Positions 1 to 22,745 of a stretch of 64,000 nt of DNA are shown here, piece after piece. The position numbers and the translations under genes are program-made. The stretch lies in NCBI RefSeq assembly GCF_009914755.1, contig NC_060943.1, one strand, 5' to 3'. This stretch comes from the human T2T-CHM13v2.0 reference genome, Homo sapiens. The first letter of the stretch is position 1. Every line of letters begins with the position of its first letter. The notes under the pieces are model-generated. The model did no database searches. It was not told the origin of the DNA and saw only the letters and a list, made by a program, of their open reading frames with translations.

Positions 1-951
1 AAGAAAACATGAGTACAACACAGCAGAGGGTGGTCATGGATGGTTTAACATAGGGCATACACTTCCTAATATGTAATCGATACACCAATATCAGAGACAA
101 GTGCAGATGAAAGCACAAGAAAAATGGGTGAGATGTGAGTATTAGTGCTGGGGTGGATATCACAGTAGAAGTGAAAAGGTACAGAACTAACACGTGTGAA
201 ACTCTCAACAATGGGGAGAAAAAGACAAATAGTGTGTGCCTACTCATATTGCCACAAAAACACTTGGCAAATATAAATGGTTTCTGGTATGATTTGGATA
301 AACCCCTGAAGTCATGCCCTCCCCCAGCATGGCACTCCTGAGGGACAGGCTCCCTTTGAGCCTATCGTGATGAGCCTGAATTGAACCACATCTTGTCAAA
401 CATGGAGGTCTCTCCATCTCACACCCAGTACATAGGACCCGACGATGTAACTATGAAGGGAGAGACAGCAGAGATGAACAGCCAACACTAGCTCAGGACA
501 ACTAAGCACCTGACAGCCCACAGGAGAGTAAGGTAAGTATTACAAAAGAATTCCTAAGCAGGGTCTTGCAAGAAGAGTCTATGGTCTATGGTCTATGTAG
601 GTAGTGACAATGTCAATGAAGGCAATTCTTGGCACAGGGAGGCACAAAGCATTGTCAGATAGAGGAAGGAAGTGTTAATAGAACCTGGGCACACAAGAGC
701 TACCGATTTGGACAGTCACCTGACAGCCAGAGAGCAGGCAAAGTGGATACACTTAGGTGCCTATTAGACTCCTGACTCTGACTCCTTCCCTGGGAGCCTG
801 GAGCAAAGCAGGTGTTGGAGGTGCTTAAGGAAAGGAAAAGGCAATACACACAACTTACATAGAGAAGTGTAGAAGGAACCTGTGTCCAGGCTCCTTAAGT
901 GAGAAAGACAGTCCTGTCAATGAAAAACAGGGGAACAGTAACACTAGCTCA

Positions 952-1110
<159 letters not shown>

Positions 1111-2859
1111 CTATGATAGTGACAGATGAAACCACAAACAGCCCCTCTGCTGAGGTACCACAACCCACCTCTCCCACACACCCACACTTGCCCATCCTCC
1201 TCCCAAGGTCCCCAACATAGTGTTGAAACTATGTCCACTAGTGCCTTTGTCTCTTCATGGGCCCACTGGTCAATTGCCATCAGCAATAAGCAGTAAGTGG
1301 ACAAATAGGTATCCATGCTGAGGTCCTGACATAAAAAGGTCCATCCCCTTCTGAATAGCGATATCCAAGCTCATGTAAAGCCCAGGGCAGCTGCCTGAGC
1401 CCATTGGACAAACTCCCTCTCTAAATATACATCATTCTTTATACTGCAAAGACACATCCCCATGGCCACCCCTACCTGAGTTTTCCCTACCATCAGCCTC
1501 TCTCTGGCATCCCCACAAATAGAACTTTGTTTTTTGGGGTTTTTTTTGAGACATAGTCTAGCTCTGTCACCCAGGCTGGAGTGCAGTGGCATGATCTTGG
1601 CTCTTTGCAGCCTCCGCCTCCTGGGTTCAAGTGATTCTCGTGCCTCAGCCTCCCAAGTAGCCGGGATTACAGCCACGCACCACTATACCCGGCTAATTTT
1701 TGTATTTTTTTTTTTGGTAGAGAGGGGGTTTCACCATGTTGGCCAGGCTGGTCTTGAGCTCCTGGTCTCAAGTGATCCATCCGCCTTGGCCTCCAAAAGT
1801 GAGATTACAGGGGTGGGTCACTGCACCCAGCCCCCACAAATAAAATTATTTCACAAGATGAAGAGGGTATAACGGCCCATGATTCCCTTGGGAATATGCA
1901 ATGGTTTGTTTCCATAACTCTGCTGGTAGGGATGGAATTGAAACCCACCACAAAATATAACAACCTGGAACCCTGCCTTATCACCTTGATAAAACGGGCT
2001 GTTAGGCTAGGATACATTATTCAAGAGAGCAGAGTGGGAATGAGATTTGTACTCACACCTTTTAAGGTTGTCCCACTTTCACAAGATGTCAAAGTGACAC
2101 ATCATATTGGGCCTTCAATTCTGGCCTTATACCAAAATGTGGATAAGCATCCAGACTATGCTTGACAAATACAAATAGGATCCAATATTAACACAGAATT
2201 TCCATGGTTTACAATAGCAGTGGTAATCCCAAATCATCCTGTGAACGTCTCCCGGAATGACTCCATAGCCACACAGAACCACATATGGCTTCAGATATCC
2301 ATGGACCTATTTCACTTTTGTGCTGCACCAGCTGAGACCTCAGCTGTAGCAACCCTCCTCTGTCCATCTAATGCTGTTTAAAGCCCAGCCCCTGGATTTG
2401 TGAACCAAACCACATCTACTATCACAGATGAGCATATTTTTCACTGCCCACATGCACCAAGCTGAATGAAACTCTCCAGGCACTCCCAAAGTCATCTCAA
2501 AACGTTTATGAATCCAGACAGTGATAAATAGTTACAACTTGGCACCAACTCAGGCAGAAGTGTCATCTTCCTTACTCCTATGCTTCTGCATGCATCTATC
2601 TCATCTATTCTCTCCTCGGATGTCTATGTCCCCTTCCAAACTCTACTGTCTGATACATCCTGCCATGATGTTCACTCACACCCTCTCAGGTGTTTAGGAA
2701 GCCCAATAACATCACTCAGGGACGTAAGTAAGAGATCCACTCCTCAGCCTGTAGTCACACCTTCCTGGCCCCTGAAAAGATTTACCACCAAAATCTGAAG
2801 CATGTCCTCCTAAATGGACCCATAACTAACTTACTGAAGTTCACCCATTAGCTTTCAAA

Positions 2860-3660
<801 letters not shown>

Positions 3661-4427
3661 TTATCTCTAAGCATTTCACAACCTGGTAGCAAATCCTGGG
3701 TTAATCTTACAAGAGTGTTTACACTGGCTGACAGAAATGGGCATACTTGCATATAACCTGCCATGGCCTCAGTATCCTGTCTTTAGAGATTCTCCAGGGT
3801 CCTCGGATCAAAGGACTGAAAAAATGGCACTTAAGAGTCCCAGCACACCACAAGCTAGAGAACCTGTGGATGGGGTCAAGACCAATGAGGGGATTGAACA
3901 CCCTCCACTTCCCTGTGTGGGTTCCCTAAGTGCTTCTGCAGCCAGGAGTGCCTGAGGGGAGAGGCAGACATTACAAACATGTCACGGGATTTGATAAGCT
4001 CAGGCCTCCCTGAACCCTTTCTTGTCCCTGGAACCAGGTAACCCTACGGCTGGTTGTCTGACCTGCTTGTCTCAGTGCAAAATGTCATCTCTACCACCTA
4101 TGTGAGCTACAAAAAGGATTCAACCTCCCAAGACCCCAAAGTCTTCATCCTCTCTACGATATTCTTCCTTTGAATGTCCTTTGGGAAACCTTAAAAGCCT
4201 GGATTTGGATCATGTCCCTCCTTTATTCAAAACTCTCCATGGCTTCTAGCGTCCTCACCTTGAATGCACAGCCCTCGGCCTGCTTACTCTTCCAGGGAGA
4301 GCTCCACCTCACACTTTGTTCCAGACAGGTTCCATCCTCCCGGCTCCGTCCATCTCCAGGCCATTGCCTGCGCCCCTCCCTGTGCTTGTTGCTCTCCCCA
4401 CCGCATCCCACGGGTGTCAGAAACAGG

Positions 4428-5134
4428 TGAAACCGTCTTTGCAAAATTATAACTGAGGAAATTATGACAGTGAAAGAAATCAGACCTTACTGACTCCGTC
4501 TTGCTTCCAACCTTTCAGCTGTCCTTGTTCATTCCTGGGTATAGGCTGAATTAACTTAGGGAAGGAATTCAGTTCATGGTTTCACTCTGAAACAAAATTG
4601 ATAATAGCCCTTTCCTGAAAAGACCCCCTTCTTGCCTGGAGAACAGCCTGCCTTTGCAGGACTAACGAATTAGCTACAAGGTTAGAAATTACCGTTTAGG
4701 GGTCATGCAGCTTCTGACTCCAAGAGTCTGAACCTCCCCAAGTTGCTCCTGAAGATAAATCACTATTGTAAAACCTAAGATCAGTGCTTGAGGTATTTTG
4801 CAGATCCTGCACTGGATGGATCAGCTGACAACACACAGACCGGTAATCTGGGTCAATCAGTTCTGCCATCCCACCCAGAACAGAAAACAGCATGAAAAAC
4901 TCACTTTAACCCTCTATGAATCCATCTCAGGTCCCAACCCTTACCGCCAAATTAATGTTGAAAACTCTGATCCCGGAATGCTAATGGAGACTGATTTGAG
5001 TAATAATAAAACTCCTGTCTCCAGAACAGCCTGACGGCTCTGCGTCAATTACTATTTCTCCATCGCAATTCTCCAGTCTTCATAAATCGGCTCTGTCTAG
5101 GCAGCTGGCAAGGTGAACCCACTGGACAGTTACA
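4428..5134 (+). mobile_element. Solo ERV1 LTR (LTR8-like) in ZNF417 intron 1
   Basis: Runs TGAAACCGTCTTTGCAAAATTATAAC...GTTACA with 4-bp TSD CAGG. Absent at the paralogous ZNF418 site (about 23945). Confidence 0.85.
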
Positions 5135-5169
5135 CAGGGACCCCCACTGGACAGTTACACAGGGACCCC

Positions 5170-5720
5170 TCCTGCGAGCGCCTCAGTGTTCCTACGCCGG
5201 GTACCGGCTACAGACCCGTGAGCAGGAGCCGCTCCCTCGCTGGTTTAGGACCTGGGTGACGATGGGGTGACCTGAGGGCACAGAAGGCGCCACAATTACC
5301 TGAGTCGGGCGCCTCGGCGCAGCCGCTGCCATCGGACTACTTGGGGAAGCACGGCCCGGGAGCAGTGGTCGCCGTCACGGGGCTGCAGAGCCGCCTCTGG
5401 GCACCGAGGACGATTCCTCTCCACCTTCTAGGTTCAGTCACCGCGGTCCCCCCCCAGCACTCAGGGGCCACAAACTGGGGAAACACCCGCGTCACCGATA
5501 CACAGCCGCTACTAGAGACCCCGGAAGTCTCAGCCTTACGTTACGTGCACACGTGGAAATGCCTTCTTTCCGAGTGCTCATTGGCTCTGACCGGCTGTCG
5601 TTTAACGCAGAGCTTTCTGGGTAATGTAGTTCCCCACTTTCCATGGCGCTAAAAAGAGCGATACCCAGAGTCCATCTGCAGGAAAAGCCCGCCATCAGGT
5701 CAGGGGTTCTCCTTAAAAAG
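5170..5720 (-). promoter_or_regulatory. ZNF417 CpG-island promoter with ETS (CCGGAAGT 5521), E-box CACGTG and ZNF143/SBS motif (5612-5634)
   Basis: CpG-rich. Minus strand reads GGGAACTACATTACCCAGAAAGC, the ACTACA-nn-CCCAG type ZNF143/THAP11 motif. Confidence 0.8.
5300..5332 (-). CDS. ZNF417: ZNF417 exon 1 coding part, MAAAAPRRPTQ
   Basis: ATG at 5332 in a CpG island, 33 nt to CAG|GTAATT, phase 0, joins the KRAB exon in frame. Confidence 0.92.
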
Positions 5721-6022
5721 CGCACCCTTCTGGCCGGGCGCAGTGGCTCAAGCCTGTAATCTCAGCACTTTGGAAGGCGGAGGTGGGCGGATCACGAGGT
5801 CAGGAGATGGAGACCATCCTGGCTAACACGGTGAAACCCCGTGTCTACTAAAAATTCAAAAAAAAAAAAAGTTAGCTGGGTGTGGTGGCGGGCGCCTACA
5901 GTCACAGCTACTCTGGAGGCTGAGGCTGGAGGAGAATGGCGTGAACCTGGGAGGCAGAGCTTGCAGTGAGCTGGGATCGCGCCACTGCCCTCCAGCCTGC
6001 GCGACAGAGCAAGACTCTGTCT

Positions 6023-6066
<44 letters not shown>

Positions 6067-6478
6067 GCCTTTCTAGGGCAGAGGAGGGGTCTCACCTAGC
6101 CTTAGAAGCCGTATTGAGATTCCTGGAGACTAGTGTCTGTAACTAATCACTCAAGAATCTGGAAAAATACTGTTTCAGATTTCGGGGAGCGCAAGGTAAA
6201 TAATAGGGAGCTCAAGCTAAAACTATTATTTAGGATTCTCCTAAAGGCTAAAAATCCAAATTACCACACCGTTTGAAACAGTCGTTCAGTCGCAAAATAC
6301 CTGCACTGGAAGCAGAGGCTGATAAGCGTTGTTGTGTTATAATGTGTCTGAAGGCCCTCAGAAGCCTTAGAGTGCCTAAGGCAAATGAAGGAAGTTAGGG
6401 ATGTGCTCCCCTATAGCAGGAGTGCAAAGCTGAATCTCTGTGATTCCTACAGAAAACAACTCTCCTGCTGATAGAATC

Positions 6479-7223
<745 letters not shown>

Positions 7224-7464
7224 AATCATTATAGCGTTCAATTAATTGAACAACACTTTTTCCCACTTAGTATCCTTTACTTGATATTCTAACTTACATT
7301 CAACTCCTTTTAGTAATTTGACATCAGTCTTATAAAGAACAATAAGGCTGGGCACGGTGGCTCACGCCTGTAATCCTCGCACTTTGGGAGGCCGAGGCAG
7401 GCGGATCACCAGTTCAGGAGATCGAGACCATCCTGGCTAACATGGTGAAACCCCGTCTCTACTA

Positions 7465-7680
<216 letters not shown>

Positions 7681-7688
7681 CTACAGTC

Positions 7689-8679
<991 letters not shown>

Positions 8680-8874
8680 TGATTTGAGAGGAGGGAGTGT
8701 TCTGCATGAAAAATTAATATTACATAAGAGAAACAGTTGTAAATTGCAAGATACAAAAGCCTATTAATACTGACTAGGTAGGCTGGGCGTGGTGGCTCAC
8801 GCCTGTAATCCCAGCACTTTGGGAGGCCGAGGTGGGCAGATCACAAGGTCAGGAGATCGAGACCATCCTGGCTA

Positions 8875-9261
<387 letters not shown>

Positions 9262-9314
9262 TTATTAAACAGTTTTGACAGAAGTGGGTCTATGGAAACA
9301 TCAGTAGATGGTGA

Positions 9315-10043
<729 letters not shown>

Positions 10044-10414
10044 CGATCCCTTTTGAATTAAGTTGGTTCATACAATCCTCCATCCAACCTCATGGCATGA
10101 TAGGTAATTTTCTCACAACGGAATACTTGTTTTCTGAAAGGAGTTGTTTATAGGTTAAGCAAAACCAATTTAAGAGCTTTCAGCAAAGTAATATGAAAAG
10201 CTTCTGTTAATTTCGCCAGGTGAGAGACAGGGTCTTACTCTGCTGTCTAGGATAGAGTGCAATGGGGCAATCATGGCCCACTGTAACCTCAAATCCCTGG
10301 GCTCAAATGATCCTCCCACCTCAGTCTCCCACACAGCTAGGACTATAGGCATTTGCCACCATGCCCAGCTGTTTTGGTAGAGACAGGGTTGTGCTGTGTT
10401 GCCCGGCTGGTCTC

Positions 10415-11108
<694 letters not shown>

Positions 11109-12006
11109 GTGTCGAACTCCTGGCCTCCAGGATGTTCTTGCCTTAGTCTCCCAAAACACTGGAATTAAAGGCATGAGTCCCTGTACATGACGAGATGGGC
11201 TTTTATTAACCTCTTTGTTAGTTTCATCAATCGAGAAGAGAGGGGAGGGTATGCAAAATAAAAATGTTAGAAAATGGGCCACACTTTACAAATTGAGATT
11301 ATGTCTCCAGTTAAATGAGTTCCCCTATTGCTGTGTAATTCACAAGAAATTCTCCAAGAGGGAGTTACCAATTCAACACATATTTACCCATGACTTCCAC
11401 GGTGGCTCTTCTGTAAGGAAATGCTTGAACCCAAAGAGAGAACATGCAGATCATAATCAGTTCATATTTATAATCTTGGGCTGGAGGCAAATGCATACAG
11501 TTTACCAAATATGAAAAGGTGAGGTGGGCAAAGGGAAATGCCCTTGAGATCCCTGAAAAGAAAGAAAATTCAGTTATACATTTGATACTTAAATATATGG
11601 GACACCACTTTGTTAAATTGCAAGAAAAAAACCAAAAGCATGCCAGGCACAGTGGCTCATCCTGTAATCTTAGCATTTTGAGAGGCCAAGGTGGGAAGAT
11701 CCCTTGAGCTCAGGAGTTTTGAGAGCAGCCTGGGCAACATAGTGAGACCTAATCTCTACAGAAAAATTTTAAAAATTAGCTGTGCGTGGTGGCACATGCC
11801 TGTCCCTAGCAACTTGGGAGGCTGAGGTGGGAGGATGACTTGAGTCCAGCAGGTCAAGGCTGCAGTGAATTGTGATTGTGTCACTGTACTCCAGCCTGGG
11901 CAACAGAGTGACACTGTCTCAAAAAAAAAAAAAAAAAAAGGGCCAGGCACTATGGCTCATGCCTGAAATCCCAGCACTTTGGGAGGCCGAGGCGGGCAGA
12001 TCATCA

Positions 12007-12735
<729 letters not shown>

Positions 12736-14164
12736 TGATCCGCCTGCCTCAGCCTCCCAAAGTGCTGGGATTACAGGCGTGAGCCACCGTGCCTGGCCAC
12801 TTTCATGGGTTTCTATGAAAGTCTAAACTTACCACATGGTACAGTTTAAATATGTATAGTTTACAGAATGTCATTTATTCCTTATTATGGCTTTAAAGAA
12901 TTGATTCAAAAGAAAAATGTGGGCTGGACATGATGGCTGAGGCCTGTAATCCCAGCACTTTGGGAGGCTGAGGGAAAAGGATTGCTTGAGGAGTTCGAGG
13001 CTGCAGTGAACTATGATCTCGCCACTGTACTCCAGCCTGGGTCACAGAGCAACACCTTGTCTTAGAAAAAAAAAAAAAGAAAAACATGGATTTTCTATTA
13101 TTTTTGACAAACATGCTTGACAACTATACAAAATCTCCTCATGTCCTAAGTGCAGCAATGAGTCTCTGCGGCAGCAAATACTGATAAGCCAGGAAGGCCA
13201 TTTTCACCTGATTAAATTGGAACACTGGTTGGTCACAAAGACCACATCACTGGACTAAGAGATCTCCCTTCTCCCTATCCTCTTCCTCCTGCCAATGCAG
13301 GAATTGCCTTGAGGTGAACAGCCGAGAAAGGGTACAGGAATCCACGAATCCTTTATATTATTTCCTTTGACAATGGCCTCAGCTACACAAGATTCATAAT
13401 TATGGAGGTTCTGAGAATTTCTGTACCTGACAGTCCACCACATACATAGTAACTGAATCAATGTGGATGACGTGCATTCCAACTCTGTTCTTGCAGTGTC
13501 CTCCACTGCCTATAAATGCAGAAATTCTATAAATTATGACTTCCTGTTATAATCTCATAACCTGGGACACCACACTACGAAACTCTGGATATCAGAGCAC
13601 ATGGCTGCATTCCAGGACCTAGGGAACAGATTTCCCTCAGCAGTACTGAGCAGAATGCAATATCCCTTGTAAAAGAGAGGAAATTTTCGTGTCGATCTCA
13701 GAAGCATCAGAGGATGTCACAAACACTGTTCCCTTCTCAGGTTTATCTATAAACCCAGAAATTATTGGAGTATCTAGTCAACAAATAAGGACCACAAAGT
13801 TCTGGAGTCTTTGGAGGCCTTGGGCAGCCATGAAAACTATGCCACAAGTGAAGAGACAGTATATTCTGTCATCATACTGTCCCCTCTGAGGCACACAAAG
13901 TCTAGTGATCCCAACAAAAGCTGTCTGCCCCTTTATGACACCAGAACCCAGTTGTTTCCAAACCACCCGAAAGAGTAAATACAACTCTCAAGACTGAAGG
14001 AAGCTTAAACAATAAGGCCTTATTCATTGCACAAATCAGAGCAATGGGAAGCAGAATGTTCTTTGGTTGGAACTTAAGAGCCTAAAGAATCACATGAGAC
14101 CCGCTGGGTGCGGTGGCTCACGCCTGTAATCCCAGCATTTTGGGAGGCCAAGGAGGGCAGATCA

Positions 14165-14445
<281 letters not shown>

Positions 14446-15072
14446 TCAAGCTGACAGAAGACCCCTCTGGACCAGTACTGAGACAGATCCATGGTCTCGC
14501 TCATCCGAAAGAAATGAGAAAGGAATGACAGCTGAGACTACTCACCAATTCCTCTGGCCAACGAAAGACAACCAAGGTTTACTTCCAGAACATCATGGGG
14601 TGAATGAATGATGCACAGTGAACACCTGCCTCGTGGCCGACATAAAATGGCTTTTGCCAGATAACCGACATCATGTCTGGCAAGGGAACCCGGCAGGGTG
14701 AAAAATGCCACACAGCTCCAACATAATTGAGTTTATGCAGATGCTGAAGGTATGTCAATTTAGGCAGATGGCTCCGTCATAAGGCATCTCCTCCAGTGTT
14801 ATGTTTTACAAGAAATAATATTTCCTGTACGTGTACAGTGTTTTCCTTATGAGAACAATCTGTTATCCAATGACAGAAGGCAGAAGGCTTTCTCACATTC
14901 ATCGCACTCAAGAGGCCCTTCTGCAGTGGGAGCTCTTCTGTATGTAATAAAACAAGACTTCTGCATAAAGAATATCCCACGTTTGTCACACTCATAAGGT
15001 CCTGATCCAGTAAGAACCCTCTGATCAAGAAGATGCACAGAGGTTTAGCTAAAGAATTTCCCAAATTTCTTT

Positions 15073-17001
<1,929 letters not shown>

Positions 17002-17753
17002 TTAACTCTGGTGGGAAGGCACAGCCCACCCACAAGCGTGTCTGACAAACCAAGGAATTACTCCATGGAAATATTTGCAGGAACAGAAAGTTGGCTTCAC
17101 GTGGAAGATGAGGCTATCATTACTGGGCTATAAAGGTCACAGAATGTCGGCCTCATGATATGAAGGGCATTAGCATACATGCAACACAGAGAATTGAGCC
17201 AAGGTCTACAATTTTTTTTTTCTTCTTGAGAGACAGGATCTCACTCTGTCATCCAGCACAGAGTGCAGTGGCATAATCTCTGTCTCCTGGGCTCAGGTGA
17301 TCCTCCCACCTCAGCCTCCACAGTAGCTGGGACCACAGGCACAGGCCAATACGCCCAGCTACTTTTTGTAGAGGTGGGGTTTCGCCTTGTTGCCCAGGCT
17401 GGTCTCAAACTCCCAGGTTCAAGAAATCCACCCACATCGGCCTCCCAAAGTGCTGGGATTACAGGTGTAAGCCAATGCACCTGCTGTATAACTCTTTCCT
17501 TTGCAAACCACTTGTCTGCGGGAAATTATCTGATGACATGTTAATGCTATATAGAAGGCTATGTCCAGGCCTAAGAAAATGATTTACAAGACAACAGCTC
17601 TTGGTCAGAACAGTTTAACAATTTGCACACACTTGGCCGGGTGCGGTGGCTCACACCTGTAATCCCAGCACTTTGGGAGGCCAAGGTGGGTGGATCACGA
17701 GGTCAGGAGATCGAGACCATCCTGGCTAACACAGTGAAACCCCGTCTCTACTA

Positions 17754-18176
<423 letters not shown>

Positions 18177-18590
18177 TCAAATAGAATAGGTTTCTGATAC
18201 GATTTGAAGAAAATCTCGAACTCATGCCCTCCCACCAGGTGCCACTCCTCAGTGACAGGCTCCCTCTGAGAACATCAGGCTGAGCCTGAATTCAACTGCC
18301 TCTTCTGCAGCACTGAGGACTCTCCATCCCACCATCACAATGATGAAGTACATGGAACCTGGATGATGTAAGTACTAAGGCAAAGATAGGGCAGAACTGG
18401 GGCAACTAGCCTCTGTGGCAGCAAACAGTGATGAGCCAGGAAGGCCATTTCCACCTGATTAAATTGAAATGCTGGCTGGTCACAAAGGCCACATCACTGG
18501 ACTCCCTATCCTCTTCCTCCTGCCAATATGTGCTGGTAGTTTTCAGCAACAGTGGTTCAAAACATGACAACACACAGGAAAGGAAACTAA

Positions 18591-18843
<253 letters not shown>

Positions 18844-19321
18844 TGATCCACCCGCCTCGGCCTCCCAAAGTGCTGGGATTACAGGCGTGAGCCACCGCAC
18901 CCGGCCTAAAAACAGAATTTCTAAGGAGGGTCTTGCCTTTGGTCTATGTAGGCAGTGACAACGGGAGTGATGGCAATTCCTGCCACAGGCAGGCATCAAG
19001 TAATGTCAGCTAAAGGAAGGAAGTAGAACCTGGACACACAGGAGTCTCAGATCTGGACAAAGTCAAACAGCAACACAGGGACATGCAAGGTGAAATGCAT
19101 TAGATTGACTACGAGACACCTGACTCTAACTCCTTCCCTGAGAGTCTGCAGCAAAGCACGTATTGGGACTGCTCAAGGAGAAAAGGCAGTACACAAACCT
19201 CAGACCTACCAACCACAAAACCTACCCAGAGAAGTGGAGAAGGAAGCTGTGCCCATGGTCCTGACATGATAAAAGACAGTCTTGCCAATGGGAGAAAAGG
19301 GGAAGGGCAGAGATCTATTCA

Positions 19322-19480
<159 letters not shown>

Positions 19481-20118
19481 CTATGATGGTGACAGATGAA
19501 ACCACAAACAGCTCCTATGCTGAGGTACCACAATCCACCTCTCCCACACCCCCACCCCCTTGCCCATCCTCCTCCCAAGATCCTCAGCACAGAGGAGAAA
19601 CTAGTCCACTGGTGCCTTTGTCTCTTCGTGGGCCCACTGGTCACTCAGTATAGCCATCAGCAATTAAGAAGTAGGGGAAAAATAGGGATCTATGCTGTGC
19701 TTGTTTTTTTGTTTTTCTGAGACAGAGTCTCGCTCTGTCACCCAGGCTGGAGTGCAGTGGCATGACCTCAGCTCACTGCAACCTCTGCCTCCTGGGTTCA
19801 AGCAATTCTCTGCCTCAGCCGCCCGAGTAGCTGGGATTACAGGCACCCACCACCACTTCTGGCTCATTTTTGTATTTTTAGTAGAGACAGGGTTTCACCA
19901 TCTTGGCCAGGCTGGTCTTGAACTCCTGACCTCGTGATCCACCCGCCTCAGCCTCCCAAAGTGTTGGGATTATAGGCGTGAGCCACCGTGCCCGGCTATG
20001 CTGTACTCTTAACATAAAAGGGTCCACCCCCTCCTGACAGCTAATGCCTGTGGTATATCCGAGCTCACATAAAGCCCAGTGCAGTTGCCTGGGTCCATTA
20101 GACGTACTCCCTCTCTAA

Positions 20119-20443
<325 letters not shown>

Positions 20444-22480
20444 TAGCACAGGCACATGTCACGGCCAGCCCAACATGACATCCCCCAACCATCAGCTTCT
20501 TTTGAGCCTTAACACAAATTACAGTTTTGGTTTCTTTTAGTCAGGTTCTCCTTTGGTCGCCTAAGCTGGAGGGGAGTAGTGTGATCATGGCTCATGGAAA
20601 GTTCAAACCCCTTAGCCCCAGGCCTCAGCCTTCTGTGGAGATGGGATCTTACGTATGTGCAACATCAACCACTTTCTTTTAAGAGATGGGGTGTTGCTAA
20701 GTTGCCCAGGCTGATCTCAAACTCCTGGCCTCAAGCAATCCTCCCACCTCAGCCTCCCAAAGTGCTGGGATTACAGCATGAGCCTTCAAGCCTGGCCAAC
20801 AAAGTATTTTAATCCCCTTCTTTTCCTTCTACTGCTCTGAGTGGGATTCTCCCCTTAGGGTTATAGTGTTGGGGAAACAATTGACACCTGAGACTGTACA
20901 TATGCCATCCACAGCAATTTCAAAATCAAATAACTCACAGCCTGGCAGAGAGGGCCACATGGGGGTTGCACTGTGGACAACAAATGGAAACCAGGGACAG
21001 TGTTATGCACACTTTGTAGGATGAAGAGGGTGTGATAGCCCCTGATTTCTCAGGAGGGTGCCACTGACTTGCTTAAATAATTCTGAGTAGAAATGGAATT
21101 GAAACCCAGTACAAAGTATAATAACCAGAAACTGTGCCTGATCCCTTAATGAAAAGGGTTGTTAGGCCAGGATACATTATCCAATAGAACAGAGTGGGAA
21201 GGGGATTTGTGCTCAGGCCATTTGAGGTCATACAGTATCACCACACACCAACGTTGCACATCACATTGGCCTTTCATTTTCGGCCTTATGCCACAATGTG
21301 GCTGACAGAATTCAGAGTATGCTTGGCAAATTCAAACAGGATCCAATATTACCACAGAATTCTCATGGCTCCCAATAGCAATGCAGTCCCAAGTCATTCT
21401 ATGAAGGCCTTCTTGCATGGCTCCACATCCCCACAGAACCAGGTGGGGCTTTAGATATCCATGGCCCTATTCCACTTCTGTGTTGCACTTGGTGACCCCT
21501 CTACAATGACGACTTTCCTCTGTCCACCTAGAGTCATTTAAATCCCACTCCCTTGTTATGGAGAATGGTCTAAGAAAAGTGGAAAACAAAAGAAAAAAAT
21601 AAATAAAATCCCAGCCCATCAGCTGTCCACCCCAGGCCCAATGTCTGTCACAGATAACCAAATTTACCCTGAGCATGTATCCACCAGGCCGAATGAAAAC
21701 CCCCAAGCACCAACAAAGTTTTCTCAAAATCTTGGTGAGTCCACAGAGTGGTGAATAAGTACCAGCCTTGGCCCAAGTGTCATCTTCCTTCAATTATTTC
21801 TATGCTTCTGCTTACATCTCTTATCTATTCTACCCTTGGAAAGCCTATGCCCCCTGACAAACCATGTTGTCTGACATACCCTATCTTCATGAGCCCTTGC
21901 CTCCTTCTCCTGTGGCAATGTCAGCCAGGGACCCAAGCAAGAAATTCAGCCCTCAGCCTGCAACCACCCCTTCCTGGCCCCCACAAAAGATTTACCATGA
22001 AAATTTGAAGTGTGTCAATGTCATAATGGAGGCTAAACTATCTCAGACTCTTAACATGGTCAAAACAACATTCTTCACATCCCCAATGAATATTATACCT
22101 ACTATGTGCTCATCTCAGTTGATGCAGCTTCCATCACTGCAGATGCTAAGACCAAAAACCTGGTGGTCATACCTGATTCCCCTTTCATGCCCTCACAGTC
22201 TATTAGAAAATCTAGTTACCGACCGGGCTTGGTGGCTCACGCCTGTAATCCCAGCACTTTGGGAGGCCGAGACGGGTAGATCACGAGGTCAGGAGATCAA
22301 GACCATCTGGCTAACACGGTGAAACCCCATCTCTACTAAAAATATTAAAAATTAGCCGGGCATGGCCGGGCTTGGTGGCTCATGCCTGTAATCCCAGCAC
22401 TTTGGGAGGCCGAGGCCGATGGATCACGAGGTCAGGAGATTGAGACTATCCTGGCTAACACAGTGAAACCGTCTCTACTA

Positions 22481-22660
<180 letters not shown>

Positions 22661-22739
22661 CTAGTTGCCATTTTACAAACTGTGAATCTTGAATCCAGCC
22701 ACAGCTCCTTACTCATTAATATGGTCCAGTAACCCTCAC

Positions 22740-22745
22740 CTGCAT
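22740..22745 (-). CDS. ZNF418: ZNF418 start codons ATG CAG (MQ) at the end of an 86-nt L2-derived exon (22740-22825)
   Basis: tttgtctgcag|GCATC...CCATAATGCAG|GTGAGG. Gives the [11 protein letters not shown]-terminus recalled for ZNF418. Confidence 0.75.

Noticed and set aside
1805-2165. 89-aa ORF and homologous blocks at about 21000-21400 and 34250-34600
   Set aside because: Paralogous intronic sequence from the gene duplication; the reading frame is not preserved among copies.
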